A model generated the notes under the pieces. The model was not told the DNA's origin and did no database searches. It saw only the letters and a program-made list of their open reading frames with translations. From assembly GCF_018350175.1 (NCBI RefSeq), contig NC_058369.1:22632001-22696000 (forward strand): a stretch of DNA of 64,000 nt, read 5' to 3'. Shown piece after piece: positions 50,056 to 62,210 of this stretch (within the stretch, counting starts at the first letter, position 1; each line of letters begins with the position of its first letter). This stretch comes from Felis catus (taxonomy: Eukaryota). The position numbers and the translations under genes were made by a program.

Positions 50056-52114
50056 GGCCGAGTAGTTTACTCATTCCTCTGAGCAGTGAGCTCATTCAAG
50101 TAAGTTAAGCAATTTGTTTTAGCATCTCTCTCCAGCTTCTCTGATACAGAGAGGGAGGTAGAATGGGATACTCAAGTTTGCGACTCCACATTAAGCTGGA
50201 TGCTGTAATTAAATGATCTCATTGAATCCTTACAAAGATCTTCAGAACCAGAAGTACTACTCAAGCCCATTTTCTTTCCATGTCTGCAGTCTGGTTTCAG
50301 TTTTTGGCACCTAGATTTTTTTTCTGACACTTGCTACTGTGTGGATTAACTGAATTTGTGATCATATATGTCCCTCTTCTTTCTGCTGGACCCTTAAGTG
50401 TGGTCCTAGGATTGCCGTGTCCACTGTTGGACCCTCTGATCCTTATGGTGGACTTGGCACAGAGTGGGTGTTCTAGGCCTTGGTGCTAATAATCAGGGTG
50501 GAGGGCAGTTCCTGGTTGAAATTCTTACTCTGCCTGGTCTGGACACGGGATTTTGTGACCACAGAACTCCTTCTGAACATTTTGTGATTTCTCATGGCTA
50601 GAAGAAAAAAATTCCTCATTCACCCATTCTTCTGCAGAGGGTGAAAGAAGTATAAACTCCGTCTCCCCAGCACAGACAGTTCAAGTTCAGAAACGTGCAC
50701 GGTCTTGTGTGTTTAGTGATACCGGATCGTAGGTTTACAGAGGGGAATGTTTGAAGTGTCCCGTACTCCCCCTAGGAATTCATAACTGCCTCCACGGTGC
50801 TTTAATATGACCCACCAATAAGCCACTTAAAGTAGGTGGCTCTTTGCAGCTCTCATGGTTTTTCTTCTGAGGGGAGGGAGGGTGGTGACATCAGTCTAGA
50901 AAGAGAGGGGGTTGGAGTGGAGGAGCAGCAGTTTCGATTTTTTTGCTGCTACTCTCTAAGGAGTTCTTCTATATTTCACTTTAGCGTGTTCCCAGAACCC
51001 GTGACAGCCTGTATAATTGCTGGACCGACATAAATCTATAGCAACGATGGGTAGATTTTGCTGACGTGTTTGTTTCGGCCCACAAGACTTGGTAGACCAT
51101 GTCTGCATAGTGTATCGCAACATCAGGCCGTGTGGGACCCACCTACGAAATCTCTTTGTTGTGCCTCCAAGGTCGTGACATGAGATGGGGGTGGGGGGAC
51201 AATAAAAACAGCACCATTTTGGCAAGGAGAGTTCCCCAAATATCTGTGATTTAAACATGCTTCTTAAACCCTTGGCTGACCAGAAGTCTTTTCTCCTAGT
51301 TTGAAAGTTAAATAATTAAATGTGCTTCGAATTTCAAGGAAGATACTGAAAAATGAAAGACCTTATCCAGTTGCTTAAAGGCTTTTGGAATTCTTTTTTT
51401 TCCTAAAGGCTTCCATTTGGTCTACAGATACAGGCTGAACACCCACCGTGTGCCTAGTGCTGTGATCAGTGCTGGGGACACAAGTGGAATGATAAGGCAA
51501 GTGGGTTTCTTGCCAGGCAGAGCCTGCGATCTAGCCAAGAAGCCATTATTTAAGTAATTACAGTTCCCTCCTCCAGCAACCACATGGAGAGCTCCCTCCT
51601 GGTGCTGCCAGAGGAGATGAGTTTTTGTGTGTGTGCACGCGCGCGTGTGTGTGTTTCATTTTTGTTTTTATTTTTGGTGTACATTTTAAACGTGTGTTTT
51701 AAAATTTTAATGATAACTTAAGAAAATGATTCCGGAATCCACTTGCTTTATAATTAGAACATTACAAAGAAAACTTAAGCTCCTTTAGACTCCCCACCCC
51801 CCCTCCAGGTGAGCACTATGGTAGACTTGGCCTTGTTGAGAACTTTTGTTGTATTTCCACACGTGTGTGTGTTCACTCACCTTGAAAGCTACTGCCATTG
51901 TTCTAACACAAATGCAGCACTTGCTGTGCGCTTCTATGTGCAGTTTGCTTCTTTTATTCTGTTGTATGATTTTTACATTAATTTATGTTGATTCCTGGAA
52001 ATACAGTCTGTTAATTTTAATGACGGTTACTTTGAATTTAAGAGTTCTGTTTGTGAGAAGCTTGTACGTTGGTGACTGTTTACTGACCCACAATACTGAA
52101 AGTAAAGAACTAGT

Positions 52115-52330
52115 TGGCATGTATTGAGTGCTTCATGTTTCCTAGACTAAGTCTCTCACGTGGATTATCTCATTTAATCACGAGAGCATCTCAGTGGGCA
52201 AAGTGTTGTTTCTCTTGTCAGTTTACAGGAGAGGGAATTTGAGGCAAGGAGAGATGAGGTAATTTGCACACAGCTAAAAAGGGATGCCAAGATTTGCAGT
52301 CAGGTACTGCAACGGCAGAGCCTGGGGTTT
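52115..52330 (-). mobile_element. MIR
   Basis: gtattgagtgct...attatctcatttaatc...tttacaggagaggga...gaggtaatttgc. Confidence 0.65.
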
Positions 52331-55037
52331 CTCAGTTCTCTTGAGCACCCGTGGTCTCCGGGAAGTTAGATACTAAATGCCACCAAGGAAGCAGTGTGTG
52401 GCGGGATGGTGCGCTATTCACCAGGGACTCACTGAGGGGCCTACTGGCTGGTTTGTGCCTTTGTCAACGTGCAGACAAATTGATTCGGCAAATACCTGTT
52501 GCGCACCTTTGGCATGCCAGGTGCTTTGTGAGTACCCTGCAGAGAGCACAGAGAAAACGCACAGCCCTGCCTCACAAGGCTCACAGAGATCTAGGATAAT
52601 GTTGAGGCCACCTACGGAAAGCCAGGCATGACGTCTGTCCATTGTAGAGTGGGGATCTCGGCCCCTTTGGGGTTTTATGGTCTGGATGCTGGGTTTTGTT
52701 TTGTTTCACTTTCTTGCATGTTAAAATGGCATTTGTTAAACTGCATCATGAATGTGGGTCGGTTGACATATTTGGAAGGAGACTAGCCTTTCTGTAGTGA
52801 CATGGTTGCCTTCTATGCTATGCAGCAGCACATCCTGGATGCTGGTGTTTTATTCCCACTTGCTGCCCAGCCACAATATGACAGATTTGCTATTCATCCA
52901 GCTCAATCATAGTTAGCATAATAGGCTCTGGTGCCCACCCAGATGTGGTGGGTGGTGTCCTCGGCTGATTACAAAGATTGTAGCCCAGGCATTTCAGGAA
53001 ACGGCTCTTACTTCCTGTCCTCATATCACTTCTGGGGGTTGATTTTGCTGCTCTAGTGTTGAAAAATGAAGGGAAAGGTTCTCTTATATTTAATGTGTCT
53101 TGTATAATGATGAAAGATAATCACAGGGCCTAGGATTTTTTTCTTTGAAAATCAGAACAACGAAGGACAGAAGGAAGTGTAAGCCACTTGGCTTTGAACT
53201 CTGAGATGCATTAATTGTCCCGAAGGCTCAGATGAAGGGGGCGTGTTCATCTTTTTCTCTTCATTTGGACCTACAGTCATCTTTCAGTTTAGGAGTGGAA
53301 AAAGTTTAAAGTCTTCACTCTTTTCCTTTTCTTGATTTTTTTTTTTCTACCAACAATGAAGTGGAAAGGCAGCCCATAGGTGATGGTGACCAGACTTTTT
53401 ATCTAGCACTTTAGTTTATAATGGGCTCGATGCACTAGTGAATTTATACCAGCTGCTGTCAGAGGTACGTGACTCTTATTTGGTTACACTTTCTTATTTA
53501 TTTGGGTACACTTGGCTACATTAAATTATAGTCTTCTACTTTTTAGTCCATTGAACCAAAAACTGTCAAGCTGTCAAACTGCTTCAAGACCACATTTTTT
53601 TGAGAGATACAGCCTCCTCCTGAGTAACACCTTTCTCATTTTGGTAGACATGTGAAGGGGAAAATGGGAAAAAATATATATATTTAAGATAAGAAAGCAT
53701 AATTTTTATTTTGGGTTACAACCCACTTGTACTTTGAGGAGGTTTAAATCTCAGACTGACCTAAAACCTTTTGAGGTTCAAATTTAGTTTGCTCTTAGCA
53801 AAAAAAATGCATCTTCCCAAGTTCAAAGAGGGGAGGAATTTTAAAGACTTATAAGATATTCAAAAGCCTTCTTGGATACCAAATAGCTTTCAGAGAAAAC
53901 ATTTGATGAGTGAAGGACACAGCAATTAGAAAAGTATGGGCCAATTTTTCTTTACATATAATCATATTTAAAAGCAGTGGAAAAAGTTCTTAGCTCTTAG
54001 AGGACAGGGACTTAACTCAGTGACTCTTGGAAAATTCTGGTTGTTGCCAAACCCAGAAAATGGTTCAGTTTGGTTTGAGCCTTTTGGAAGTGAAAAGTCC
54101 TTTAGCCGTCTCTATGATGTATGAGATTAACACAAGAGATGTTGGAATATGAGGTCGAGGTAATGCTGCTTACCCTGGAATTGGATCTCCTGCTAGCTGC
54201 TGTCCGTAACAAATGCGCCCATGTCTCTCTGGCTGTCATTCTAGATAAATGAAAGGGAAAATAAGGTTGAGAGAGACGCAGTGAGGGATCAAGGAGTCCT
54301 CCAGACTTTCCTAAGAGTGCATTTCCTGAATTCACTTATTTTGGATTTGGGAGTTTCACGTTGCCTGATGCTCCTCTGCCTTCTGGCTAAAGGTGGTGGA
54401 TTATGGCTGCGGAGAACAGAGGGCCCTGTTGTTGCACGGCCGGCCCAGAGTGCGCTGTCTCTTCAGGAACATAAGCGTGGGTGTGCCCGGTGAAACAGCT
54501 TATTCTTGCACATCGCAGGGCATTATGGCCGGTTTGTTGGCCGCCTAGGTGTCCGTTCTCACACAAAGGCTTTTCGTGGGGTAATGGTACCTGCTGAATG
54601 AGTGAGTGCATGATGGAGGGTGGCAGCAGCTGACGGAACAGAATTCAAGGCTGCAGGGAGTGACGATGGCAGAACCAGACCATGTCCTTTAGGTTCCAAT
54701 TTGGCAAGGCACAATGGATAATAGGGCAAGGTGATGACATGGGATGACACCCAGCCTGACCAGACCTCCTGCTCACCTTCAGTTAACCATGAGTCTGTGA
54801 CTGCCTTACTCCACTGTCATTTCAGTGGCCCTTGGAACCAAGTGACCCCATCAGCAGAAACTTGGGCACATGAAGATGGTTTACGAGAGCAGGCAGGGCA
54901 GGTCCTTGTAAAAAGAGCATGGAGACAGTCCAGAGGCTTCTTTTTAAGCAACACTGCTTGATCCTTTACACACTTCATCTTAACTTTGCTCTGAGCTTGG
55001 ACCACAGATGGTTTACATTTCAGTAGTTTGTATTTAT

Positions 55038-55067
55038 TTATTTTTTTTTTAAGTTTATTTTGAGAGG

Positions 55068-55101
<34 letters not shown>

Positions 55102-55283
55102 ACTAGTGAGCAGGGGAAGGGCAGCGAGAGAGGGAGAAGAGAATCCTAAATCCCAAGCAGGCTCCACACTGTCAGCACAGAGCCAGATGTAGGGCTTGAA
55201 CTCATGAGCTATGAGATCGTGACCTGAGCCACCAGGCCAAACCAAGAGTTGGATGCTTAACTGACTGAGCCACCCGGTCACCC
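55038..55283 (-). mobile_element. Can-SINE with long (GA)n
   Basis: Exact TSD gtagtttgtatttat at 55023 and 55284. Confidence 0.95.
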
Positions 55284-56614
55284 GTAGTTTGTATTTATCT
55301 TAATGTGAAATCGGGGAAGCATAACCAGCACAACCATGAGGTCATTGTCATTTTGGCTTAAGGATGAGGCTAAAGTGAGCGGTAAGAAGAAAATGTGAGT
55401 TTATTGAAAAACAAATATTGCAGGTGGTGTTCAGACATTACAGTTGTGACCATACAACTCTAATAGTTTGGAAACAGTATCTTTGCATACTGGCTCATAC
55501 TCAATGGTGTGTGTTTACCTTCCATGGCTAGGGTCTTGTGATGTGATGTTTTCAGCGAGGAGTATATATATTCAGCCTCCTTGAATAACCCTCCATGAAT
55601 ACTCTTTAATGACAGTGGCTTGTTGGAGTTGCAAAGGAGGCTCAGACAAACTGGAACCCCCTGTTCTGGGTTGCTCAGTCCAGAAGTAGATGGTTTTAGG
55701 GACTTTGTGAGTGTCCATTGGAGGTGCGTGGTGGCCCCTCTCCTCCAGTCACTGGGACGAGCACTTGTCAAGTTTCAGGTAGCACTCCATACTTTACTTT
55801 TTAAAAAAAGAATTAAGGGTATCCCTTCTGAACCAGAAAGGAGTTAGCCACTGTTCCTCAGTTGTCAAAAGTTGGATGTGCGTTTGAGATCAGTTGATGC
55901 TTTTTATACTCAGGGCACATGTTGGAGGTGAAGAACACCTCATCCCAGACTGCCTTAAGCTTTTCGTAGGCCTTCAAAAGTATATCCTAAATGACATTTG
56001 GAAGACGGGTACCTATAATATTTTGGTAGCAATGGGGCAGGGTATTCTCAGTGATTATTCCAGAGTCCACTGCTCTTGAATTATTTTTTCTATTCTAAAC
56101 ATATGTGGTTTTCAGGGGGCTGCAAATTCCTTCATATACCAATTTTGGGGCTAAAGCTAATGGCACAAAAAGGTTTCAGCTTGGGAGCAAGGGAACTTTT
56201 TTTTTTAAATGAGGTTTAAAATATGAATCTCTTTGGCTGCTCTAAGTTAGGAATGATAAAATGAAAGAAAGAAAAGGAAAGAAGTTAATGATCTGAAACC
56301 CGGGGTTGGTATGTGTTTATATTCAGAATTGGAACAGTGAGCTGACTTTGGCAATTGGGGAATATTAATATTCTGTGTTGTGGCATGGGAATTTGGAAAA
56401 GAGGTTTAAAGAAAAAGCTCATATGACAGATTTTTAATAGGAAGGAAGTTGCTGCTCATGTATAAGAAATACTGCTTGTCTGTTGCAGATGGGACAGTCT
56501 TCATGGAGCGGCCATACAGGGCGTTGTTCCATCTCTGCTGATACGGTGGCCAGCGGCTGCCATTACTGACCTGTGACCACTTGCTTGCCACTAAGCGGAG
56601 ATGTGTGCCTGATT

Positions 56615-56770
56615 TCACTTTGCCCTCACAGTGGCCCTGTGAATTAGGGACAATTATTGTCAGCCTTTTGGAGATGAGAAAACTGAGGTTTGGAGAAGGG
56701 AAAAAGAACTTGTCCAAGGTCTCTGAGCTTGGCAAAACTGGGACTTGAAGCTGGGCTAGTCTTTGTATTC
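56615..56770 (-). mobile_element. MIR
   Basis: ctcacagtggccctgtgaattagg...gatgagaaaactgagg...acttgtccaaggtc. Confidence 0.75.
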
Positions 56771-57276
56771 TAACAATTATGAAATAGGTAAAGGAAGTAG
56801 AGTATTTGGGAACTGTAACCTTGGAGGCAGTGGCTCTGGAAACATTTATTTTTTCTTTCATGAATTTGATTGATGAAGGAAATTTAAAACTATGTCAGAT
56901 ACTTTGGAAAGTGCCTGGCACATGAGGAAAGACGTCAGTATATGGTATCTGTTGGGTTGCCATTGTTTAGTAGTAATAATATTAGCATCGGTCAAATATT
57001 GGCTCAGAGAACAGACAAATAAAAGCTTTTCTTGGCTTGGCACACCAGAAGTGGAAGCAGCTAGTCTGAGTTTGAGGTTGGGCAAGGTCATATGTGGATA
57101 CCGTTTAATTCAGACCTTGTGATCTTAAGCTTGAAAGTGTTCTTGAAATTGCCTTATTCTCTCTGCATTTAGCATTCCCCTCAAGTGTACTGCAGATTTA
57201 ATTGTTAGAGCAGCCTTTAGCAAACGTTCTTATGTGCTGAATTTGCAAATGTGAGTGAAAAAAAGAGTTCCTTCTT

Positions 57277-57334
57277 TCCTTCCTTCCTTCCTTCCTTCCT
57301 TCCTTCCTTCCTTCCTTCCTTCCTTCCTTCCTTC
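57277..57334. repeat. (CCTT)n microsatellite
   Basis: Visible. Confidence 0.95.
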
Positions 57335-57599
57335 CGTCTGTCCATCTTGTTTACCCTCCTCTTCGGAGATTTTTTAGAATTGGTTGTTGTTGTTACCATA
57401 CAAATCTTGCTTTATTTAAATATAAAATATAGAAATACTGTATGTTGAGTGTCATAGGAATTAATTGACCTGGTCAAGCCATTACCTCAATGCTTCTCTT
57501 GAGTTTACCACATGAGTTGCTCAACAAGATGTTGACAATCTTCATTTCTCAAATGTGGCTTTGCCAGCCATCCACAGGAGGCCCATTTCAGCTGCCAAC

Positions 57600-58040
57600 T
57601 GTATTGGCTTTCTCTTCTTGCACAATTTAGCAGAAACCTAGCGGCCTAAGAGAGCTGCCATTTCTTATCTCATAGTCCTGCAGGTCAGCCGTCCAGGTGA
57701 GCTCTGGGGAGGTCTATGTTCAGTGTATCATAGGTGCTGAAATCAAGGTGCCACCTAGGTTGGGTTATGATCTGGAGACTCTGAGGAAGAATGCGCTTCC
57801 AAGCTCATTTAGATTGTTGACTGGACACAGTTCCTTGCAGTAGTAACACTGAGGTCTCTATTTCTTGGCTGGCTCTCAGTTGAGGACATTTCTCAGCTCC
57901 CTACGGCCACCCCCAGTACTTCTCCTGTGGTCCCTGCGTCTTCAGAGACAGCAGTAATGCATAGAAGCCTTCCCAAGCTTCAAGTCTCTCTGGCTTTCCC
58001 CTTTGTTGCCAGTCAGAGGAAGCTCTCTGCTTTTAAGAGA
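57600..58040 (-). mobile_element. MaLR LTR (MLT1D/E-like)
   Basis: gctgaaatcaaggtg...gaagaatgcgcttccaagctcatt...cagttccttgcag...tctctgcttttaag. Confidence 0.7.
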
Positions 58041-60825
58041 TTATTTAGTTTAATGCATGGTTTTCATATAAAATCAGGAACAGTGTTGCTACCAAGAGAC
58101 ACTGGAGAAAAGCAAAAGAGCTGTATCTCATTTGCATTTTTAGAAGTAATTATTTTTAAGCCACAGCTGGTGGTAATAGAACTACAATAAACGGGAACTG
58201 AGAGATGAGAGTTCAAGTCTTGGTTCTGGGACCATGAGTCTAGAGAGCTTGGGGCACAGTTTCTGAGACTTGATCTCATCATATGTAAAATGAGATAGCT
58301 GGGCTCTTAGGGTCAGTTTTTTTCTTCTTCCTTTTTTCTCTTCACTCTCATTTTGCCTTCCCCTGGCAGACCTCATTAATCAACCATCTCAGTCTTCCCT
58401 GCTGAGCTTGGACGCTGTCCTAGAATCCTTTTGACATGGCCCTCTGGGGAGAAACCAGCAAGCTACTGGAGTTGGCACTGGAGATGAAACCTGTGTGTCA
58501 TCCTAGCACTTGGAGGTCCCATTTCATCTGAAATTCGATGATTCTCTGAAATGAGAAATTATCAATTTCCTTGGCCAAATTGCAGACAGCCAGAGAAGAG
58601 CCAGTTGGCCTTGGCTTTGCTTGTCATACGGACATCTGGGGAGTGGGTTTAGTTTTCTAGCCACAAATTGAGGTGTGCATAAAAAGTCACTTTCTTTCCT
58701 TCTAATTGAACTTCATTTCTAGTTTGAGCCCCTCTTCTGCCAAGTCGTAGAAATGAAATTGCAGTTAATTCACCATAGTCCCTTTGGCTCTCTTTGGGGT
58801 TGTTCTAAGTCCTGTGGACTCACATAGAGCCCAGCCATAGAGGTAGAGGGGCAGCTGGTGCTTTGCTGTCACCTGCCTGTAGAGACATTCTTGCTCCCAG
58901 TTGTCTTTGATTTTATTCAGGAGAGTCTAATTAACCCCCCAAACCCAGTAATACATAAGTTGTTTTCTTATTCAGGAAGAATCCTCCATGTTTTGGACAA
59001 TTATCCAAGGCATTGTTCATCTACCTAGTGATCAAGGACTAAGCTATTTCTGTCTTGTTTCAGCATGAAGCCTCTAGTCCCTCAGGCAGATAGGACAGAG
59101 CTGGAAGGTCATTGGGTAGCTCTTAACTATGTTGGTTTGGATGTGACCCATGCCTTCCCATATCCATTGGCTGTGGCTGGACACATGGCCCCGCCCATCC
59201 CTGGATGGGGCTGGAAAATGTGTGTGTGGGGGACGGGGTGTGACACATGGATCTCAAGCAATCGTTGCGGCCATGTACCACAGTTGTTGACTCATTTTGA
59301 GTTGCTTTACATTTTCTGGTCCTGCCTGCGAGTCTTGAGCAGGTGGCCAGCTCCCTGTGCTCAAGCCGCTTTCCCCCAGTGAGGGAAGCTGTCTATTCTT
59401 CTATGCCTCCAGGCTTGGGGAAGTGCTGGGGTCGTTTGTGCTCTTCAGCCCACCTGTACCACACATGTATGTCTTTTGCCCACTTTCTTGACAGTGGGGT
59501 TACTTAGTACTTTATGTCAAACTGATTTTGAGGCCCATAACATTGTCTGGGAGTTTGGATATGATAGAAAAGCCAGTCAGATGCTGGTGATTTTGACACC
59601 ACTACATTTTGATAGAGACCCACCTCAGGAGCAGCCTTCATACCACAGATCAGTGGTATTCCAGCCTTTGTTATGGGGGCTTCCTGACTGGTTTTCCTGT
59701 ACTACCTGGCAATAAAACCACTGTAGAGGTGGTGTTAACGATGGCCACTGAGATTAAGAAGATTTCTGCTGCTTCTTGAATTATGTATGATGACATCAAG
59801 GCCCCTAGGAACTACTGAGCTGGAATAGTAAACATCTTGTTCTATTATAAAAAGTGATAGTTGTGAAATCACTGTGGGACCAGAAGACGCAGGTGTTTCC
59901 AGGTTCCCTAAAACTTTCTTGGGCTTCTTCCTGTCCTCTGACTCGGCCAACGTGGGGTGGTGGGGACTCAGGGCTCCTTCCCACAGACCCTTCCCAGGGA
60001 CACCCCTTGGTTTCCTCTGAGAACTCACCAGCATTTCCAGCCTGCATAGACTGGCTCTCGCCATGGGCACTTCGGAGCACAGGTGAGCAGGGGGAGTGGG
60101 CAGAAGTGGCTCCTGCTGCCTCCGACCCCATTCTTCCCAGGCTTAGTTTACCCCTGAGGTCTTTGTTGGAGGAAGTTCAAGCCCAAGCCTTAAACTCCGT
60201 TGTTCTGGGTCCTGCTGTGGGCTGCGAGGAGAACCAGTCTCTCCTGCTGGTTAATCCGTTAAAAGATTACTCTGCTTCTTCATATTCTTACTCTGTCTCG
60301 CTCGCTGTAAACATGTCACTTGAGAAGGGAGGGCAGATTTTTGTGGTTCCACATGCCCAACACAAGGATATCTTTTGGTGAGGAAACTTGCTGTGGGATT
60401 TGTGAAGGTCTCAGGTTTGTTCTTTCCTCTTGTCCAGCTGTGCTTATTGGCTGGAGGAGGGTTTGGGTTTGTCTCATTACTCTTGGCTGCTGTTCCTTTC
60501 CTAACTGTTCATAAGTTCAAAGAGATTTTTCTCTCCATTTCTCTGTTTTCCCCTCTCTGTTTATCTCCATTTCCTTCTCTTTCTGTCTCTATCTGTATTT
60601 CTCCCACACACTTCCCCCTCTCCAACCCCCACACCCACCACCAATCCCATTCTAGCTTCCCTGATTTATTTGCCACAGCTTTCTTTAACCTGCCAATCAT
60701 CTGGATAAATTAAATCACTGTCTGTCCCTTCATTCCTCTTCGGGTTATCCAGTCTATTGGAAATGACCTTCTCATGGCATTTAAGTATAAATTTGCCCCC
60801 ATTAAAAATATTTATATTTGAAAAA

Positions 60826-61030
60826 ATATTTTTATGTTTTATTTTATATTTTGAGAAACAGACAGAACATGAACAGGGGAGGGTCAAAGAGATGGAGACA
60901 GATTCTGAAGCAGGCTCCAGGCTCTGAGCTGTCTGCACAGAGCCCAGCATGGGGCTTGAACTCATGAACAGCGAGGTCATGACCTGAGCTGAAGTTGGAT
61001 ACTTAACTGACTGAGCCACCCAGGCACCCA
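60826..61030 (-). mobile_element. Can-SINE, inserted in the tail of the next SINE
   Basis: SINEC structure ending ccacccaggcaccc. Confidence 0.92.
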
Positions 61031-61233
61031 TTATTTATTTTTGAGAGAGAGAGAGAGAGAGAGAGGCAGAGAGGCAGAGAGAACGCACATGAATGGGAGA
61101 GGGGCAGAGAGAGAGATGTGAGAGAATCCTAAGCAGAGCCCGATGTGGGGTTTAATCTCATGAACTGTAAGATCATGACCTGAGCTGAAATCAAGAGTTG
61201 GATGCTCAACCGACTGAGCCACCCAGCTGCCCC
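61031..61233 (-). mobile_element. Can-SINE
   Basis: SINEC body; outer TSD cccattaaaaata at ~60798 and 61241 encloses both SINEs. Confidence 0.92.
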
Positions 61234-61641
61234 AATCTTGCCCATTAAAAATAAAAAAAAAATCTTGTATGAAGCAGTATGTGTAAAGTGTAGAAAATCT
61301 GGGAAATGTACAAATATATATTTCTATATTTATAGAATTATTTCTATCTATGCAGAGATATTTAGGAAATATAGAGAATTGTAAGGTAGAAAGCAAAACC
61401 CCATAACTTTATCACTTAGTTATAAGCATTTTGATTTCTTCTTTTCTTTTCTTTTTTTTTCTTTTCCTTTCTTTTCTTTTTTTTTTGGAAAGTCTGATAA
61501 ATTTGTCTGAGGGATACCTTTGATTTTGAAGTCCACCTCAAGTGCAGGACTCTTCAGATTCCTTTGTGTACAGTCACTCCCAGCTAAGAGGGATGGCATC
61601 TTCCTCAGCATCCCTAAAATGATGGTGTTCCTGCTCATCAC

Positions 61642-62210
61642 TGTGTGCTCTGGGTCGTTGTGTAATAGATGACCCTAAAATACAATAGCTTAAAACAACA
61701 GCAACAGCAAAATTTGTTATTCTGCGGTATTCTCTGTAGGTCAGGAATCAGAGCAGAGCCTGAGTCCTCTGCATCTGTTACAAGCTACAATCAAAGCATC
61801 AGTCAGCTGTTGTCTGCTCTGAAGGCTCGCCTGGGGGCGGGTCTGCTTCCAGGCTCACCTTCATGCATGGTTGTCGGACTGAAGGCCTCAGTTCCTTGCT
61901 GGCTGTTGGCTGGAAGCTTCCCTCAGGTGTTTGACCTGTGAGCCTCTCTGTAGAGCAGCTCGTAACATGGTGGCAGGCTTGTATCAGATGGAATGTGTGA
62001 GAGAGCAAGAAGAGGCAAGAAGAGAGGAGCCAGAGTCCTTTTATGGTCTAATTCTGGAAGTGGCGTCACATTACTTTTGTCATACCTTGTTCAGTAGAAG
62101 GAAGTCACCAAGTCCAACCACGTTCTTTGGAGGGGGGTTCTGCAAAGGCACCAACACCAGAAAGCAGGATGGGACCGTGGGGGCCACCCTGGGAGCTGCC
62201 TGCTGCAGAC
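61642..62210 (-). mobile_element. MaLR LTR (MLT1F-like)
   Basis: gcttaaaacaaca...ggcctcagttccttgctggctgttggc...gagcagctcgtaacatgg...ggggccaccctgggagctgcc. Confidence 0.8.

Noticed and set aside
59854..60381. 175-aa ORF
   Set aside because: GTG start, no recognisable domain, chance ORF in GC-richer sequence
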